Shown here: positions 1 through 12,909 of the stretch, one piece after another
Layout of the letters: every line of letters begins with the position of its first letter
Position numbering within the stretch: position 1 is the first letter of the stretch
NCBI RefSeq assembly: GCF_000143415.4
Contig: NW_003314273.1
Coordinates: forward strand, 1,390,601 to 1,454,600
Reading direction: 5' to 3'
From: Selaginella moellendorffii
Lineage: Eukaryota > Plantae > Lycopodiophyta
Length of the DNA: 64,000 nucleotides
Notes under the pieces: generated by a model
Told to the model about the DNA's origin: nothing
The model's database searches: none
What the model saw: only the letters and a program-made list of their open reading frames with translations
Translations under genes and position numbers: made by a program

Positions 1-3000
1 CCCTGGGTTTGTGATGAGTGGCAAATAGGCTGGTCCATAGCTGTTTAGCATGGCACTAGTGGATCCTTCCTAGGTATGATTACAAGATTATAGGGATCAA
101 TATTGATTCAAGTAATCATTGTCGTGCTCTCTTATAAAATCTTTTTAGATTGGACTGAAGGTAGTTTGAGGTTTGGTCAAAGATGAGGCCGAAAAGAGAG
201 TCGTCATGGACGAAGGATCAAACACGTAAATCATCTTCTATTCTTGGAGAGATGGTTCGCAATGAGGTGTGACTCATTGCCCATGTTCACATTATGCAAT
301 TAAGAGTCCCTACCTTGATGTATATTCATTATGATGGTTTTACAAGTGGTGAGTTATGGGATGGATAGCAGTGAAGCGTTAAACCATTTTGTCTAAGCTT
401 GCTATTGAAGACTTGGGTTGCAATGCTCAATTCTTTTCCAGAAAACTTTCCTATTGCTCCTTGAGTAGCTTGGTGCTGGATTAGTGTTGAGTTTGGTCAG
501 ATAGAGAGTGGCATGAGCTTGTCCATATTGTGAACAAAAGTTAGTGGCGTCGGGTGTTGTAAATCTCTATCGGTAGAGTATGGCATTTATGTTGCATTTT
601 ATCGAATCGAGTTAGCATTTAATACTCACATAAACCTTTGTAATAGTGACATGGGCATTGCTCGTGGTGTTACTTAATTGATGATCAAGTCATTGTGATT
701 TTATATCATATCCATGTGATAGTGAGCAATGTGTTGACAAAGTTGCTTGGTTAAACGATAATCACACCCAAATTGGTTGATGGTGAAGCGAGTCTACTTG
801 CACGAAATAACATTGTAGTAACTTTGACTGGATTCTCAATAGTGATTAATGATATGCTAAGCTTGAGTTGGTACCTTGCTTCCTTGACAGTTTGCCCATA
901 AAGTGTTAGAAAGGGTTATAGCATTCACTTGCTATGGCTTGTTGATCCGTTAGCACTTGGAGTAAACTATTAGATGGAGAAGGTATGTAGCTACGGCATT
1001 GGCATCACTAGCACTAGTGTTAGTGGAAGTGGCATTGTTGTTTCAAGTGATGAGAAGTTTTTTCCTTGGAATTTGATTTTTCATGTCATTTTTCTTGTTA
1101 GTGTTTTGGCTTCATGTTGGATCTTAAAGGTGGTTGAAGAAGAGTGTTAGTGCAATGTGGATATTTGAAGATATGGTCTTTGTGATCAAGCCTTAGATGT
1201 TCATTTTGCATTTTTGTGGATATCGATGTTAGATTTGGAGATATGGGCATGATGTTTGATGCTTGGACATATTATTGGGTCATGAGAATTTGTGTTGAGG
1301 AACTTATGTGAAGTTGTTAGTATAAGGAAGTTGGTTGAGTATTAAAATTTTGCATTCCTGGACTAAGAATCATTCTTTCTCTAGGATGGAAAATTCTCCA
1401 CAATTTTTTTTATTCTTTTCCAATAGCTGATCTATTGATCACTTTGCTTGAAAACCATTCTATTTTTGTAAGCCAATACAAACGAGTGAAGGGGTTGTAG
1501 TTGACTTTGGTAAGCTTAGACCTTAGTAGGTAGTTTGTATGATGTGACCTGAAAAAGAGATGCTGACCTTTTGAGGCTAAAGCAATTGAGTTGGATAGAG
1601 TCTAGAGTTGGTGTACAAAAGTGGCCATTGTGCTTNNNNNNNNNNNNNNNNNNNNNNNNNNNNNNNNNNNNNNNNNNNNNNNNNNNNNNNNNNNNNNNNN
1701 NNNNNNNNNNNNNNNNNNNNNNNNNNNNNNNNNNNGATGCCTCATCGTTGAGAATATTAATATTAAGATTTGAGTGAAATGATATGTCTCTCCTTAGGAT
1801 TGATATTGAGTTTCATTAGTCTTGATGAAGATAGTGTTGATGATTTAATTTGAGCTTTGTGTTATTAACATTCATGCATTTGCTAGTTAGTAACTATATT
1901 GATGTTCAAATGAATTAAGTGGCAAGTTTGAGTTACTTGTGTTTTAGATGAGATTATTTAGTAGGGGTTGAGGTTTGGCTTTTCTTTAAAAACAAATCTA
2001 ATAAGGATTCAAACATTCCAATATCAATCACTAACACTTCCTCTCATAAAGCTAGCATAGTCCATAACTAAATCACAGTTAGATATATTGATCATTGATG
2101 ATTCTTTTTGTGCTTATTGTGAAGTGAGTTACGTCTTGTTATAGATGGATTCATAAAGGATTGATTTGATGATCACTTGTTGAGCATAGCTTCGTTATAC
2201 TTAGCTTTTGGATTGATGCAGACATGCTCTTCATTAGCTTTGGCATTATGAAGTTTAGCTTATGGAAGTGTTGAGGAGAATATTGTGGGTTGACCATGAT
2301 TTCTTCTTTAGCATTGAAATTAGTTCATACAAGACTCATGATCATTGTTAAGCATGATTTAGCTATAGACTTCTTCGAGCTTTTGGTTCTTTGGGTTTTA
2401 TGCTTATTGCTCCATTTGCTTGAAGTTGTTGAGGGAAGGCATTTAAGCTTATTAGCTTTGATATTGAAGTGTTTCGATAGCTTTGATTTTGCATCTCACA
2501 ATCATTAATGGAGGTTAACTATCATCTAGGATAGTTGATTATCCTTATCAAAAGGTTTTTCTTGATTGTTGTGATACAGAATGGTTCACTAGTGGATTCC
2601 TTTTTTGACAATAATTCTGCATATCTCTTTTTGATTGGATGATTGATGATCTTTTATGATGGTTAGTTATTCTCTTTGATGGCTTATGGCTTTTTGCAAT
2701 ACCACATGTTCTTTGTGGTTTGCTCTGAATTGGTCTTTTAGATTTGAGATATCGGTAAGATGTTGTTAACACTTGCTCAAGCAATTTGAGTTCCTTAGTA
2801 TTATTGACTGGGATCTATTCAGATTGGTTAGTATGATAGTTGACATGAACGAGTGTTTGTTGGTCTTACCATATTCATTTTGTTTTATTGATTGTTGCTC
2901 GAGTTAGTTCTAATAAATTAGGATATTATTACCTTTGGGTGATACATTTGCGAGCATCTTACTTGCTAGTCAATGATACTTGGTGTTCTTTGAGTTCTCT

Positions 3001-4270
3001 TTGGAAGTTGTTTGGCATACTGTTTGTAATCATTGGTAGTTCAATTTTATTATCGAGTTTTCTTGATGATACACTTGCTATTAAATTTTGTTGGATGGTG
3101 AATCCTATGTTTTCCAATTATGATGATCTTGGTGGTTCTTGTACTTTAATATTGGTTTATCGGATGACAACTTACTTGGAATACTTTTATGTTCTAATCT
3201 AAGATTGATTCACTAATAAATAAGACTCTAAAATATCATTGTCTATGACTTTGATATTGTCCTTCTATTAATCTTTGAGTTTGGGCTAGTATAGGCAGAC
3301 TCGTTTCAGCACTTCATATGTATAGTGAAATCTTTAGTCATGGGGTAGCTACTGTCGACTGGTCACATCACCCGCTTCTCTGTCAATATTACTTATTCCG
3401 TTAAAAAGGGCATAACCGTGTAAACAACTCTAACTGCCTATTTATAGTAGTATATCTAAACCTTACCGACGGGTTTGGTTTCTTTGCTCATGAGGGTTGG
3501 GGCCTTTAGCTTCTCTCTCTATGTCCTTACAATCAGAGGCATATCACACTTTTGTAAACTGGGTGACACCTAGAGCAGCAAGGGTGGCTAACTCCATTGG
3601 TCATTTCTTTGTCAGTGACGGCTGAAAGGTGTCTGAGTGGGTAGCGCATCTACGTTAGACAAAGAGGTTACCTTAACTCATTTAAGTTGGTGCATTTCTC
3701 ATATAGTGTGATCACCATGAACTTCTTTTTGGAGTTGTTTCCTTGGCGGTGGTCTAGACTCGAGTATGCATCGATGAGGACATCGATCTTCCCTAGGGGG
3801 GAGAGTGTCGCGAATGTGACTTCGGATATCAAAAGTTACTTGTTGGCCAATCCTTACGGACACTCTTTCCTTACTGCCACGACGGTAGGAGGTCGGTAAT
3901 GCTGGACTCGTTATCAATTCCCACTTGAGTTAGTTGAGAAATTGGTCAATGAACATGCACTTAAATTGGATAAACATAAGGTAGGAACCCTATGTGTTTC
4001 TTGCTGAGCATACTCAACCTGGTTTGAAAAATTTGTGTCATTGGCTTGCACTTGCTAGTGTCTGCTCCTTGGCTTCACGCTTGGGAGTTTGGTACCGTTC
4101 CTTCATTTAGTGGCCTAGGGCCTTAAAACTCTAGTTCCGCACCATTGTCCTTTGGACAGCATGTGTCACATGGCATATGACACATGGCACATAGAGGGTC
4201 TAGGTTCTGCTTCATGGTTATCCTATGGTAAATCACCATAGAATAAAGGGTAAAAACCACATGTGCTACA
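1..4270 (-). mobile_element. Degenerate LTR-retrotransposon (family B); LTR 5' end at 4270
   Basis: The reverse complement from 4270 begins TGTAGCACATGTGGTTTTTACCC and aligns over ~2900-4270 with the plus-strand copy starting TGTAGCGCACGTGGTTTTGACCC at 54733 (shared translations GESVANVTS..KSYL and VNPMF.NYDDLGGS). The left boundary is not resolved. Confidence 0.65.
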
Positions 4271-5971
4271 GTTTGTTAGTAGAGGTGGTGTCTTCCTTGT
4301 AAACTAGGCCCCAAGCTTTGGTGTCCGAGGAGAGCTCAAGTGTTGGAAGATTGGGGGATGGCTTCCAGCTAGGGACAAAGGCAGGCATCCATAGGTTTTG
4401 GTGGAGATTATGGTGAGTGGGGAGATGAAGAGTGCCAGACACTTGGGATCATGGTGTGAGAGCTTGGAGACTTCTTCCCATGCTTTGAAGCTTCTTCACT
4501 TGGTGGGATTTGTTTGACTGAGTGGTGGTGGTGATGGCAAGCTAGAAAAACACTGGTAGTAACAATGGTAGGCACAACCAAAAGCAAGAGCAGGAGAGTG
4601 CAAGCCATGCATTTGTGATTTTTTTCTTCATGGTTTGGAAGGAATCTTACCTCTGTTCTCCCTGCAGGCTTGAAAATTAAAGAGTCACTGGATCTCACAT
4701 ATCTGTGTTGCCTTTGTCAAAGATTTATAAAAGTCCAACTCTTTTTCACTTTATATGATCTGGATTTTTTGGCCCTTTCTTGCTTTATAATAGTCTGGAT
4801 TTCTTAACTCTCAATTTTTGAGTATGCACAACAGGAAACTAAAATTCACAAATCTCACTTATCAGCATTCCTTTGGTCAAAAAATTATATTTTATGGCCT
4901 AAGACCACACTTTACTATTATGTCTTGGATTTTGCATTTCTTTCTCTCTTTTAGCAGTTTCTTAACATCAAATGCTTTGTAATCAAAAGAGAGCATGCAA
5001 GAAGTTCCTTCGCAAGAAGAACCCCCACGCTGCCTATGCTGTATTCCAAAGGCAATGACTCTGAACTCAATATCCATATTGAGCAGAATAATCTCTTCAA
5101 TTTCTTCTTGCCACTTTATAGTAAGACACTGAAAAAATCTAAGATTCTATAGAACTTCATTGGTTAAAACTCGGACAGGAAATCTAGAAGAAAAAGCCAG
5201 CCTTTGAACACTTCTGTTTCTTATCCTGGTCCTTTGATCTAAAACCAAGTGGGTTATGCTAGAACATCTGAAACCTCCCTTGATATCAAGCTTTCAAGTA
5301 GATGTTGTAACTTTTAATTATGGATTTCTTATGTTCCATCTTCAGGATGATGAATTTATAATCTCTTGGAACTGTCTATGCAGGCATTTATTTTCATTTC
5401 AAGTACAAGACTTGCAGAATAAAAGAAGCCAGCTTTGATTAATCACAAAACCTTGCTTTCTAGAGTTTACAGCTATAAATTTCAACTGATTATTTTAAAA
5501 TTTAATATTAAAATGTTTACTGCTTATGCTAAAATTCTTGAAATTTCAATGTGCCCAACAAATTTTTTACTCTTCCAGCAGAGCTGAGATCCCAGCTAGT
5601 ACTTATATATTTAAATGAAAGAGCCAGTATAATAATAGCATATGCTGAGGGCACTTATTATGGGCATATGGCAAGATCTAACAGTTGAGATATGATTAGA
5701 AAAGGTTGTAACTTTTCAAATCAGAAATTTTTAATTATGGCTTTTAGGGCAAATGAGAAGCACGGGGTGCTAAGCAATGAACATGTACTTTGGTTATAAA
5801 TTATATTTTCTTTTGGTAAGAAAATGGTGCTGCGTGCATGGTGCCCTGTCTTTGATAAGGTTGGTTTACGTGTTCTGCTATGCTGGCTGAAAGTGTATGG
5901 CTTGCTTTCTTTTTTACAAATCTATCCACAACGTAGCTGTCAGGTCTTGCCTCCATTTCTCTGTCACTGTT

Positions 5972-7090
5972 CCAGTAGCATCCAAGACTGCGTACATGAC
6001 AGCCATTGGAAACCACGAGAGTCTTACGAAAACTTGTAGATTGATCTGTGTGGTTTTCAGAGATTATCCAGGCTCAAGATCTTTGTATAACACACCAGAC
6101 TCAGGTGGCGAGTGTGGAGTCCCATATCGAACTTATTTTCGGATGCCTGTCCAAGACATCAACAAGCCGTTGTACTCGATGGCTATTGGTCCCGTGCATT
6201 TCACAGTCATCTCTACAGAACACGACTGGAGCTCAACCAGTGAACAAGTATGCATTCTTATTCTTTTCATGTTTACTTCAACGAAACCTTCTTCTACAGT
6301 ACGCTTGGATGAAATCCAACCTTGAATCTGTCGACAGAATCAGTACACCATGGATAGTTTTTACAGGGTAACTGTTTTTATCCACATTTTCATTCTGTAA
6401 ACTCATATTTGCTATTTTTCTTTTTGTCATCGACTTATGTACTCCACTCACGGGAATTATTTCTAAACTTCTACCAGGTGTGGATCCGAAATTTGTAGCA
6501 GCTGTGGAACCATTGCTCTTGAGAAACAAGGTAAAACACGAGCTCTTCAAAGGGAAAACCAGAATGAAACTGTCTTTTTTTTTTGCACAGGTTGATTCAG
6601 CAGTGTGGGGGCATGTTCACAACTACGAGTAAACTTGTGCTGTGTTTCAGGGCCGCTGCCTGCAGCACTCGATCAAGGATTTAGCGGGTGTTGATTTCTT
6701 TGACACTACAATTTACTCGGCTCCAGTTCACGCTGTGGTTGGCATGGCCGGATTCAGCCTGGATGACTTCCCTTGTAATGTAAGCTTGCAGCTTTGTTTT
6801 CTATACTCAAGCTCTTTATATGGTATTGATATTCTACCTTTTCTATTGATATTACCTTCTTTTTTTTTTTTGTCGACAGTTTAGTTTATGGAGCTTGATT
6901 TGAAGGTCGGCATTTGGATATGCAAGAGTGAAAGCCGATAAGACAAAGCTACTGTTTGAGGTAGATGAATTGTGTTCTTGGTTCTTGCATGTTATTTATT
7001 TATTTTTCATTCCAGTACATTACAATGGATGGAACAGTAGCTGACTGGTTTAAAATTGCCAAGCTAAACTGGGGATTTTCCAGGCCGTGA
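5972..7090 (+). pseudogene. Purple acid phosphatase (nucleotide pyrophosphatase/phosphodiesterase-type), 3' half
   Basis: Spliced reading PVASKTAYMTAIGNHE|RDYPGS..DSGGECGVPY..VISTEHDW..TPWIVFTG..HRLMY..WGHVHNYE..VHAVVGMAG..FGY contains the GNHE, HRPMY-like and GHVH metallophosphoesterase motifs. GT-AG introns are short; in-frame stops lie near 6630 and 6901. Confidence 0.9.
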
Positions 7091-7125
7091 ACGATTTCAA
7101 GCTTTACAAGTTCAATAGTTGGCTT

Positions 7126-8240
7126 TTAGAGCTTGCTGATTTGCTTGATGCTGCCAAGAGCTCTTGCTTTGTTGTGCAGCACCTGTTTTTGGATCTTGCC
7201 AGTCGCAGTTTTGTCCAAGGCCACGAGAATGATGACGCTTTTTGGCACCATGAACTCTGGCAAACGCTGTCGACAGAATGAGAGTATCTCCTCCTCCTTG
7301 CTTCTCATGCCGTGCTTGAGGGACACAAATGCACATGGAGACTCGCCCCACTTCTCGTCTGGCCGCGCCACCACAGCAGCTTCCAACACTGCTGGATGCG
7401 TGGAAGAAAAAGAAGCAAACTTTAACTAGAAACAAAGAAGAAAAAACTCTCCTCTTACCTGTACAAGATGCTCCCACTTCCAGGCTGCTAATGTTCTCCC
7501 CTCCAGAAATGGTAATATTCTTGGCTCGATCCTTGATCTCGATGTATCCATCAGGATGCCAAACTGCCAAGTCCCCTGAGTGGAACCATCCTCCTCTAAA
7601 GCTCTCCAGCGTCGCCTCTGGATTGTTCAAGTACCCCCTGAACACCATGTTCCCACGCATGCAAACTTTGCCAATGGTGACACCGTCCTTGGCAACCGGT
7701 TCCAGAGTTTCGGAGTTGAGCACCTGTAAGCCGTCGAGGCAAACATATTTCACACCCTGCTGAGCCTTGAGCCTGGCCTGCTCATCGGGCTAAAGGCTGT
7801 CCCATTTGGGATTCCACTTGCACACTGTGCATGGACCATATGTTTCTGTGAGCCTGTAGACATGCGTCACATGAAACCCGAGAGCTTCAATTTTAGCCAG
7901 GACTGCTGCCGGAGGAGCCGCACCCGTGGTCATTATCCTGACTTGCCTGTGTTGGAGCCGCAAGAACGTTGAGCCTGTTGCCACACTTATGATCGTGTTG
8001 AGCACCGTGGGAGCAGAGCAAAAGTTGGTCACGTTGTGCTCGGCTATGGTGGCAAAGATTCCTTTGGCTATCACCTGTGGAAACGAGGAACTTTACTGCT
8101 CTACAAGCGTAAATGAAGAGACGAGGAAAAGCAACCCTGGTGAAGGCATATGTTGGTCCCGGCCAGAGCTGCGACTGCCTAAGAAAAGCACCACCCGTTG
8201 CAATGGAAGAGCGGGAGAGTCCAGAGATAGATGCATGGCA
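7126..8240 (-). pseudogene. Acyl-activating enzyme (acyl-CoA synthetase), 5'-truncated, with C-terminal PTS1 (SKL)
   Basis: YLWTLPLFHCNGW, YRLTETYGP, GWFHSGDL, YIEIKDRAKNITISGGENISSLEV, EAAVVARPDEKWGESPCAFV, KTATGKIQK, ending in SKL*. There is a premature TAG near 8180 and a frameshift near 7790. Confidence 0.9.
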
Positions 8241-8613
8241 AGCTTAAGCCAGCTTCACGTCTTATTCTGGAAGAGGCCAGTTGTAGAATTGTGGAAGAAG
8301 ACGTAGAATGGAAGACATTTTTTTGTCTATACAGAGATCGAGGATGTGGCAGCGGTATGAAAGTCGAAAGTTCTCATTGTTGCTGAGATCTCAAAAGTGC
8401 AGGCGGTGATCTGGCGAACCTTGTTGGGAGGTAGAGAGTTTTTAATTCTACTGAACAGCTTATCATTTGCAGACATTTTCCAGGAGAATGACTTGCAAAT
8501 GCCACTGAGTGGCTTCAGAGGGGCACAAGTTTCGAGATGCATGAACGTGGGTACAGTAAACATGCTGATTTTGTTCCGTTTCAAAGTGTCACTTGAGTTA
8601 TTTCTTCTCACAG

Positions 8614-9190
8614 CTCGATCATCTCCAGGAAATGATCCCATTCCGCAAGCCAGTAGCATAGCTTAAGTCTCCAATGTGGAAAATTGCATCTACGACCTCT
8701 TTTGCCATGGCATCAATAACTTGCAGTGCACCAGGCTGCAAACATAAATAGTTTGGGAGCGTGAAGTTGGCAAGATGTAAGAGTTTCTGAGATTTAACTT
8801 ACTTGGATGTAATGCTCCAAGCTGTCATCTCGTTCGGCCTTTCCCATGTCTCCAAAGATTAAAAACTTCGTACAGTAAGGTCCTCCGGCCGGAGGAGTAG
8901 TGAACGTTTTCAAGTTGGACCAGCCAGAATTATCACTGCAAATAATCAGACTTTAGAGTCAGCACAGACGATGAAAGGAAACCTTCCTTACCTTCCATAT
9001 CGGTATGAATATCTTGTATCAGGCCTAAGATTTGGCATTCGTGCAATGTGTACGAAACCAGGTCATGCCAACTGAAGTCCTTAGCTGGTCCCGAGACAGC
9101 ATCTACAGCGGAAAAAACAAAATTAAAATATAAAAGAAGCCAAGAGAAAAATAGAAATCGACATCATACCACACAAATCTCCTCAAGTAT
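8614..9190 (-). pseudogene. Purple acid phosphatase, 5' half (FN3 domain plus first metal-binding motifs)
   Basis: Minus-strand exons read GPAKDFSWHD-GFVHIARMPNLRPDTRYSYRYG, SDNSGWSNLKTFTTPPAGG..FLIFGDMGKAERDDSLEHYIQ, and PGALQV..IFHIGDLSYATG..EWDHFLEMIE, with small frameshifts. Confidence 0.85.
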
Positions 9191-10397
9191 GACAATTTCT
9201 TTCACAAGAAAAATCAGCCTTCTCATGCTCAGTATGCCAACAACATTTTCATCTAAGGAATCCTGTGATGAGCGAGATTCTCAAAAAAAGCAGGCATCCA
9301 TGCAATGTGTGAATGGTAATTTTTTTCTTCTTGCTATCTCTTGCTTTATGAGAGCTCATGTTTTTGTGCATAGGGGAGAACATCATCCAGCCGTGTAGGC
9401 TGGGAAGTATGTGAATAGCTGGCAGACATCATTTGACGTGAAAGACAGATTGCCACAGTAAAGTTCTTCTTCCTTTTCCCTTTTCTGACCAGTTTCGCTT
9501 GCAGAATAGACTTGCTAGTGGATGACAACAATTTGTGGGCATCTTATGCTGGTCCCAGAGGCTGGAATGGTGAAATCAGTGGTTGGCTTTGCGTAAATTT
9601 CTCAAGTTCTCTCTTTCAGATCCCAACATACTCCAAGTGGAGAATGGTTGAATGTCCTTGGTTGAGTATCGTTCACATTTCAGCATTTGGTCTATCATGA
9701 AGGTTTGCATGCTCGTTTCTCATTAACCCAGACTAGAGTGCCTTGCCTCAGGCACCTCTCATCATTGGTTGTGAGTTGAGAACAATCATGAAAGAACACC
9801 TTCAAATTTACAAGAACACTGAGATAATAGTGGTAAATCAAGGTAAGTTTATGAAGATTGGAGCCACTGCTTTCTTAGTATCTTTCTTTTGACATGTAGA
9901 ATACAGGGATGCAAAGTGGGCTGGATAGGACAGTTGTCATAGTGGCATGGAACAGAGGGTGGAAGCGAGCATTAATCAAGAACAACTGTAGATTGGAACC
10001 AGGTGTGACAGCAAGTGTGAGAGATTTGCGGAAAGTACACAATACATTACATAGTTCACAATTGATATATATCTTTGTTCTGTGTGGGTTATAGCACAAA
10101 GAATGGACTTCAAGGCAGGAGGATGGTTTTGAAGTGGAAATAGATTCCCACAACTGTGGGGTGTATATCTTGTCCAACATTTCCATGGCAGAAGTGTACT
10201 TTAATAGTGGAAGATGAACATGGGATGCCAACACCACTGATTTGTAGTTAAAAAGTAGATTTTAAATCTATTTTCCTTACTTCTTGAAACTAATATGTGT
10301 TTTGTCAAGGTGTTTTGCAAGTCCTTGCGTAAAATGCCTCAACAATTGGAGAGCATATAAGGACAGGAATGACAAGGGTCGCATTCATACAGCAACC

Positions 10398-11185
10398 ATG
10401 TCGCAAAACTACATCAAGCAGAAAAACCTCTGGCCTTCAACTGTTTCTTTGAAAAAAACGAGTCTCGGAAGCATACCCCCGTGCGCATTTGATTGAGCCC
10501 CTCATTGGCAGTCACTAAAAGGTAACCATTCATCACTGCTGTGGAATCCAGGCTGCTTTCCAGGCTTCACTGGCAGCGATCCCATGGTAGTGGTGAAGAT
10601 CTATGCTCGAGAGGTGAGCCAGATGATGCTAGAAGCGCTTGGGGAATCTGAATTGGAAAGATGAACAATTTCAGTCAGGCAGAGAGCTTTCCTCTGCCGC
10701 TGGGAACGTCATGCTACTCCAATATTTTCTTCAGTAACAAGAGCTTCGGCGGATTTCTCTCGAAGGTGAAATCCTCGCTCCTGGACATTTCTCAGACATT
10801 GTTGCTGGGCGGCCAGAGGAGGAGGCACTGGAGGCGATGCATACGCTTGTGCAGGCGTTTTAAACCTCTTGGACAATGAGAAGGCTGTGAGGACCTTCGT
10901 GCCGCTGCTAAAGTCCCAGGAATTGCTCAAGGAGCTCTCTTTCATGAACAATGGGATCTCCATCATGCTGTATGGGAGATCATCACCACCACCAGCTCTC
11001 TCAAGCTCTTCCACGTCCACAACAACATGACTGGTGATCAAGGGGCCAGATCTCTCGCCAGGCTCGTTGAGAAGGTTGCCCAGCTCGAGAACTTTCTCTT
11101 CTCGTCGACTAGAGTTGGGTGGCACTGGCTTCGGCCATGGCTGATGGAACCAACCTCAAATTTCTCGACTTGAGAGACAACAGGT
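10398..11185 (+). pseudogene. RANGAP: Plant RanGAP (WPP + LRR) fragment with deletions and frameshifts
   Basis: Mixed-frame reading gives VKIYAREVSQMMLE, FSNKSFG, SDIVAGRPEEEALE, LLKSQELLKELSFMNNGIS, HNNMTGDQGARSLA..LENFLFSSTRVG and LDLRDN, collinear with plant RanGAP. Confidence 0.85.
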
Positions 11186-11319
11186 CCTGGAGGTGGTGCT
11201 GTGCTTGGAAAATTTCAATCATGTTGAATCTACATACCGTGCCATGAAAAAACTTTCCCGGATTTTGTACATATTAAAGAGCGCTCTACATTTCCTAGCG
11301 CTGCTGTTGTTATCAGATA

Positions 11320-11705
11320 TGCAACCAGGAAACGGGTTGTCAAATAAATAGTCTTCATGCTTTGGGACGGGAGTGGGAACTCTTAGAGCTGGACCTTTGT
11401 GCAGCATTTTCACTTGAAACGCAAATTCATCTCAAGACATATTCCCAGCTCCACAGCCATCAATGAGCCGAATAAGCTTTTGCCTGGAGGAGAGTGGAAC
11501 AAAAGTTAAGGAATTGGAAAAACTATAAACATAGCATGAAGCCATGTTTCCATCATGTGTGAACATGAAGACATCGCTCTCAAGTGCCACTGTGTAATCC
11601 ACAGCCGAGAGCCTGTTTTGGTACCTGGCGAGTGTTGAAAGCTCCTCATAAATTGCCAATGTTGAATGCAAGTACACGCCTGGAAAGATCTTCTTCAGCA
11701 ACCTA
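11320..11705 (-). pseudogene. O-fucosyltransferase-family C-terminal fragment
   Basis: LKKIFPGVYLHSTLA..EEL...YQNRLSAVDYTVALESDVFMFTHDGNMA..RQKLIRLID..LFDNPFPGCI matches the conserved plant O-FucT C-terminus. No N-terminal part is present. Confidence 0.8.
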
Positions 11706-11849
11706 TCTATGAGAAATCGGTGATAGTCTTTCTACTACTGGCAATTCCTGTCATATGATTTCTTGTGTTCTTGTAACTACTGTTAGTAGGGCAGTGAGAC
11801 AAAAAAAAACAAACAAACAAACAAAAAATGGGTTTAATGTCAGAGAATG

Positions 11850-12440
11850 AAAATGGCAAATGTGAGCAACATTCTTGGTAAGATGGAAAAACAATGCATA
11901 CGTTGTAAGGCCCTTTTTTTATGATGGGAAATGTTTTCAATTGTGATTGTGACAGGAGAATAGCAACTGAAAAATCACTTCCTTTTCCATGCTTTCTCCA
12001 AAGACTATTAATTTTAAAGATTTAATACAAAATTATAGTAGTGCAGCATCAATGGGTGCAAACATTGAAGAGATTGCAGTAGGTGGCCCCAATTAATTTA
12101 AGATATATGAACAAATTTAACATAATATTGGAAGTTTTAAATCAAATAATGAAAAATATTTACAATTATATATTCTAGATACCTCTTGAGAAACAGAAAT
12201 AAGAATGAAAAAAAAACACATTTCTAAATGCAATAAGCATCTAATGGGTGATCTTGATAAATAATTAAAAGAGATAAATCCCTATGCTAATGCATTCACA
12301 ATGTTGTCAAAAATAGAGAATAAAGTGTTAAATTCAACAAAAATTCAAGGAGGTTTAAGTGATATTGTATCATCTTGGATCAGTTATAAAGCAATTAGAT
12401 AACTGATCCAAGATGATACAATACACCAGGTTCAAATGAT
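11850..12440 (+). mobile_element. Helitron RepHel N-terminal remnant
   Basis: Degenerate translation LGKMEKQCIRCKA (Zn finger), ASMGANIEEIAVGGPNxFKIYEQIxHNIGS, LKEINPYANAF and DPRxYNTP follows the Helitron N-terminal motif order. It breaks off at a (CCCTAAA) telomeric tract. Confidence 0.7.
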
Positions 12441-12467
12441 TTTAAACCCTAAACCCTAAACAAAAAT

Positions 12468-12549
12468 AATTTTGTTGTACAAAGATGGTATTCATTTGAT
12501 GAATAATTTTAACTATATCTACTATATACCATCTTTGTACAACAAAATT
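12468..12549. repeat. Perfect 24-bp inverted repeat with 34-nt spacer
   Basis: AATTTTGTTGTACAAAGATGGTAT (12468-12491) and ATACCATCTTTGTACAACAAAATT (12526-12549). Confidence 0.9.
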
Positions 12550-12909
12550 TTGTTTAATTTTAATAATATAGTATCAAATCAATTAAATACTCTTTGTTCT
12601 AATTTGAGTGATTCGATACTACATTGATCCCATAGTGAGAAATTTCATTTATAAAAGATCCAAGACTTCACTCACCAATCAGAGTTTTAATTGTGATATA
12701 ATGTTAGATATTTATTATGTGATAGAGTCAATTTTAGAAGGGATTTTTTATATAAATATTATATTATTTTTAACTATGTATGTTATTTGTTAAAAATTAC
12801 AATTACAATTACAACTCTTTGAAATTACTAAAACATCAGGAATAAACACAATGCTCCCAGCATAGTTGGGACTTTTTAGTTTCAATTAATTTTGACTTTT
12901 TAAACGAAT

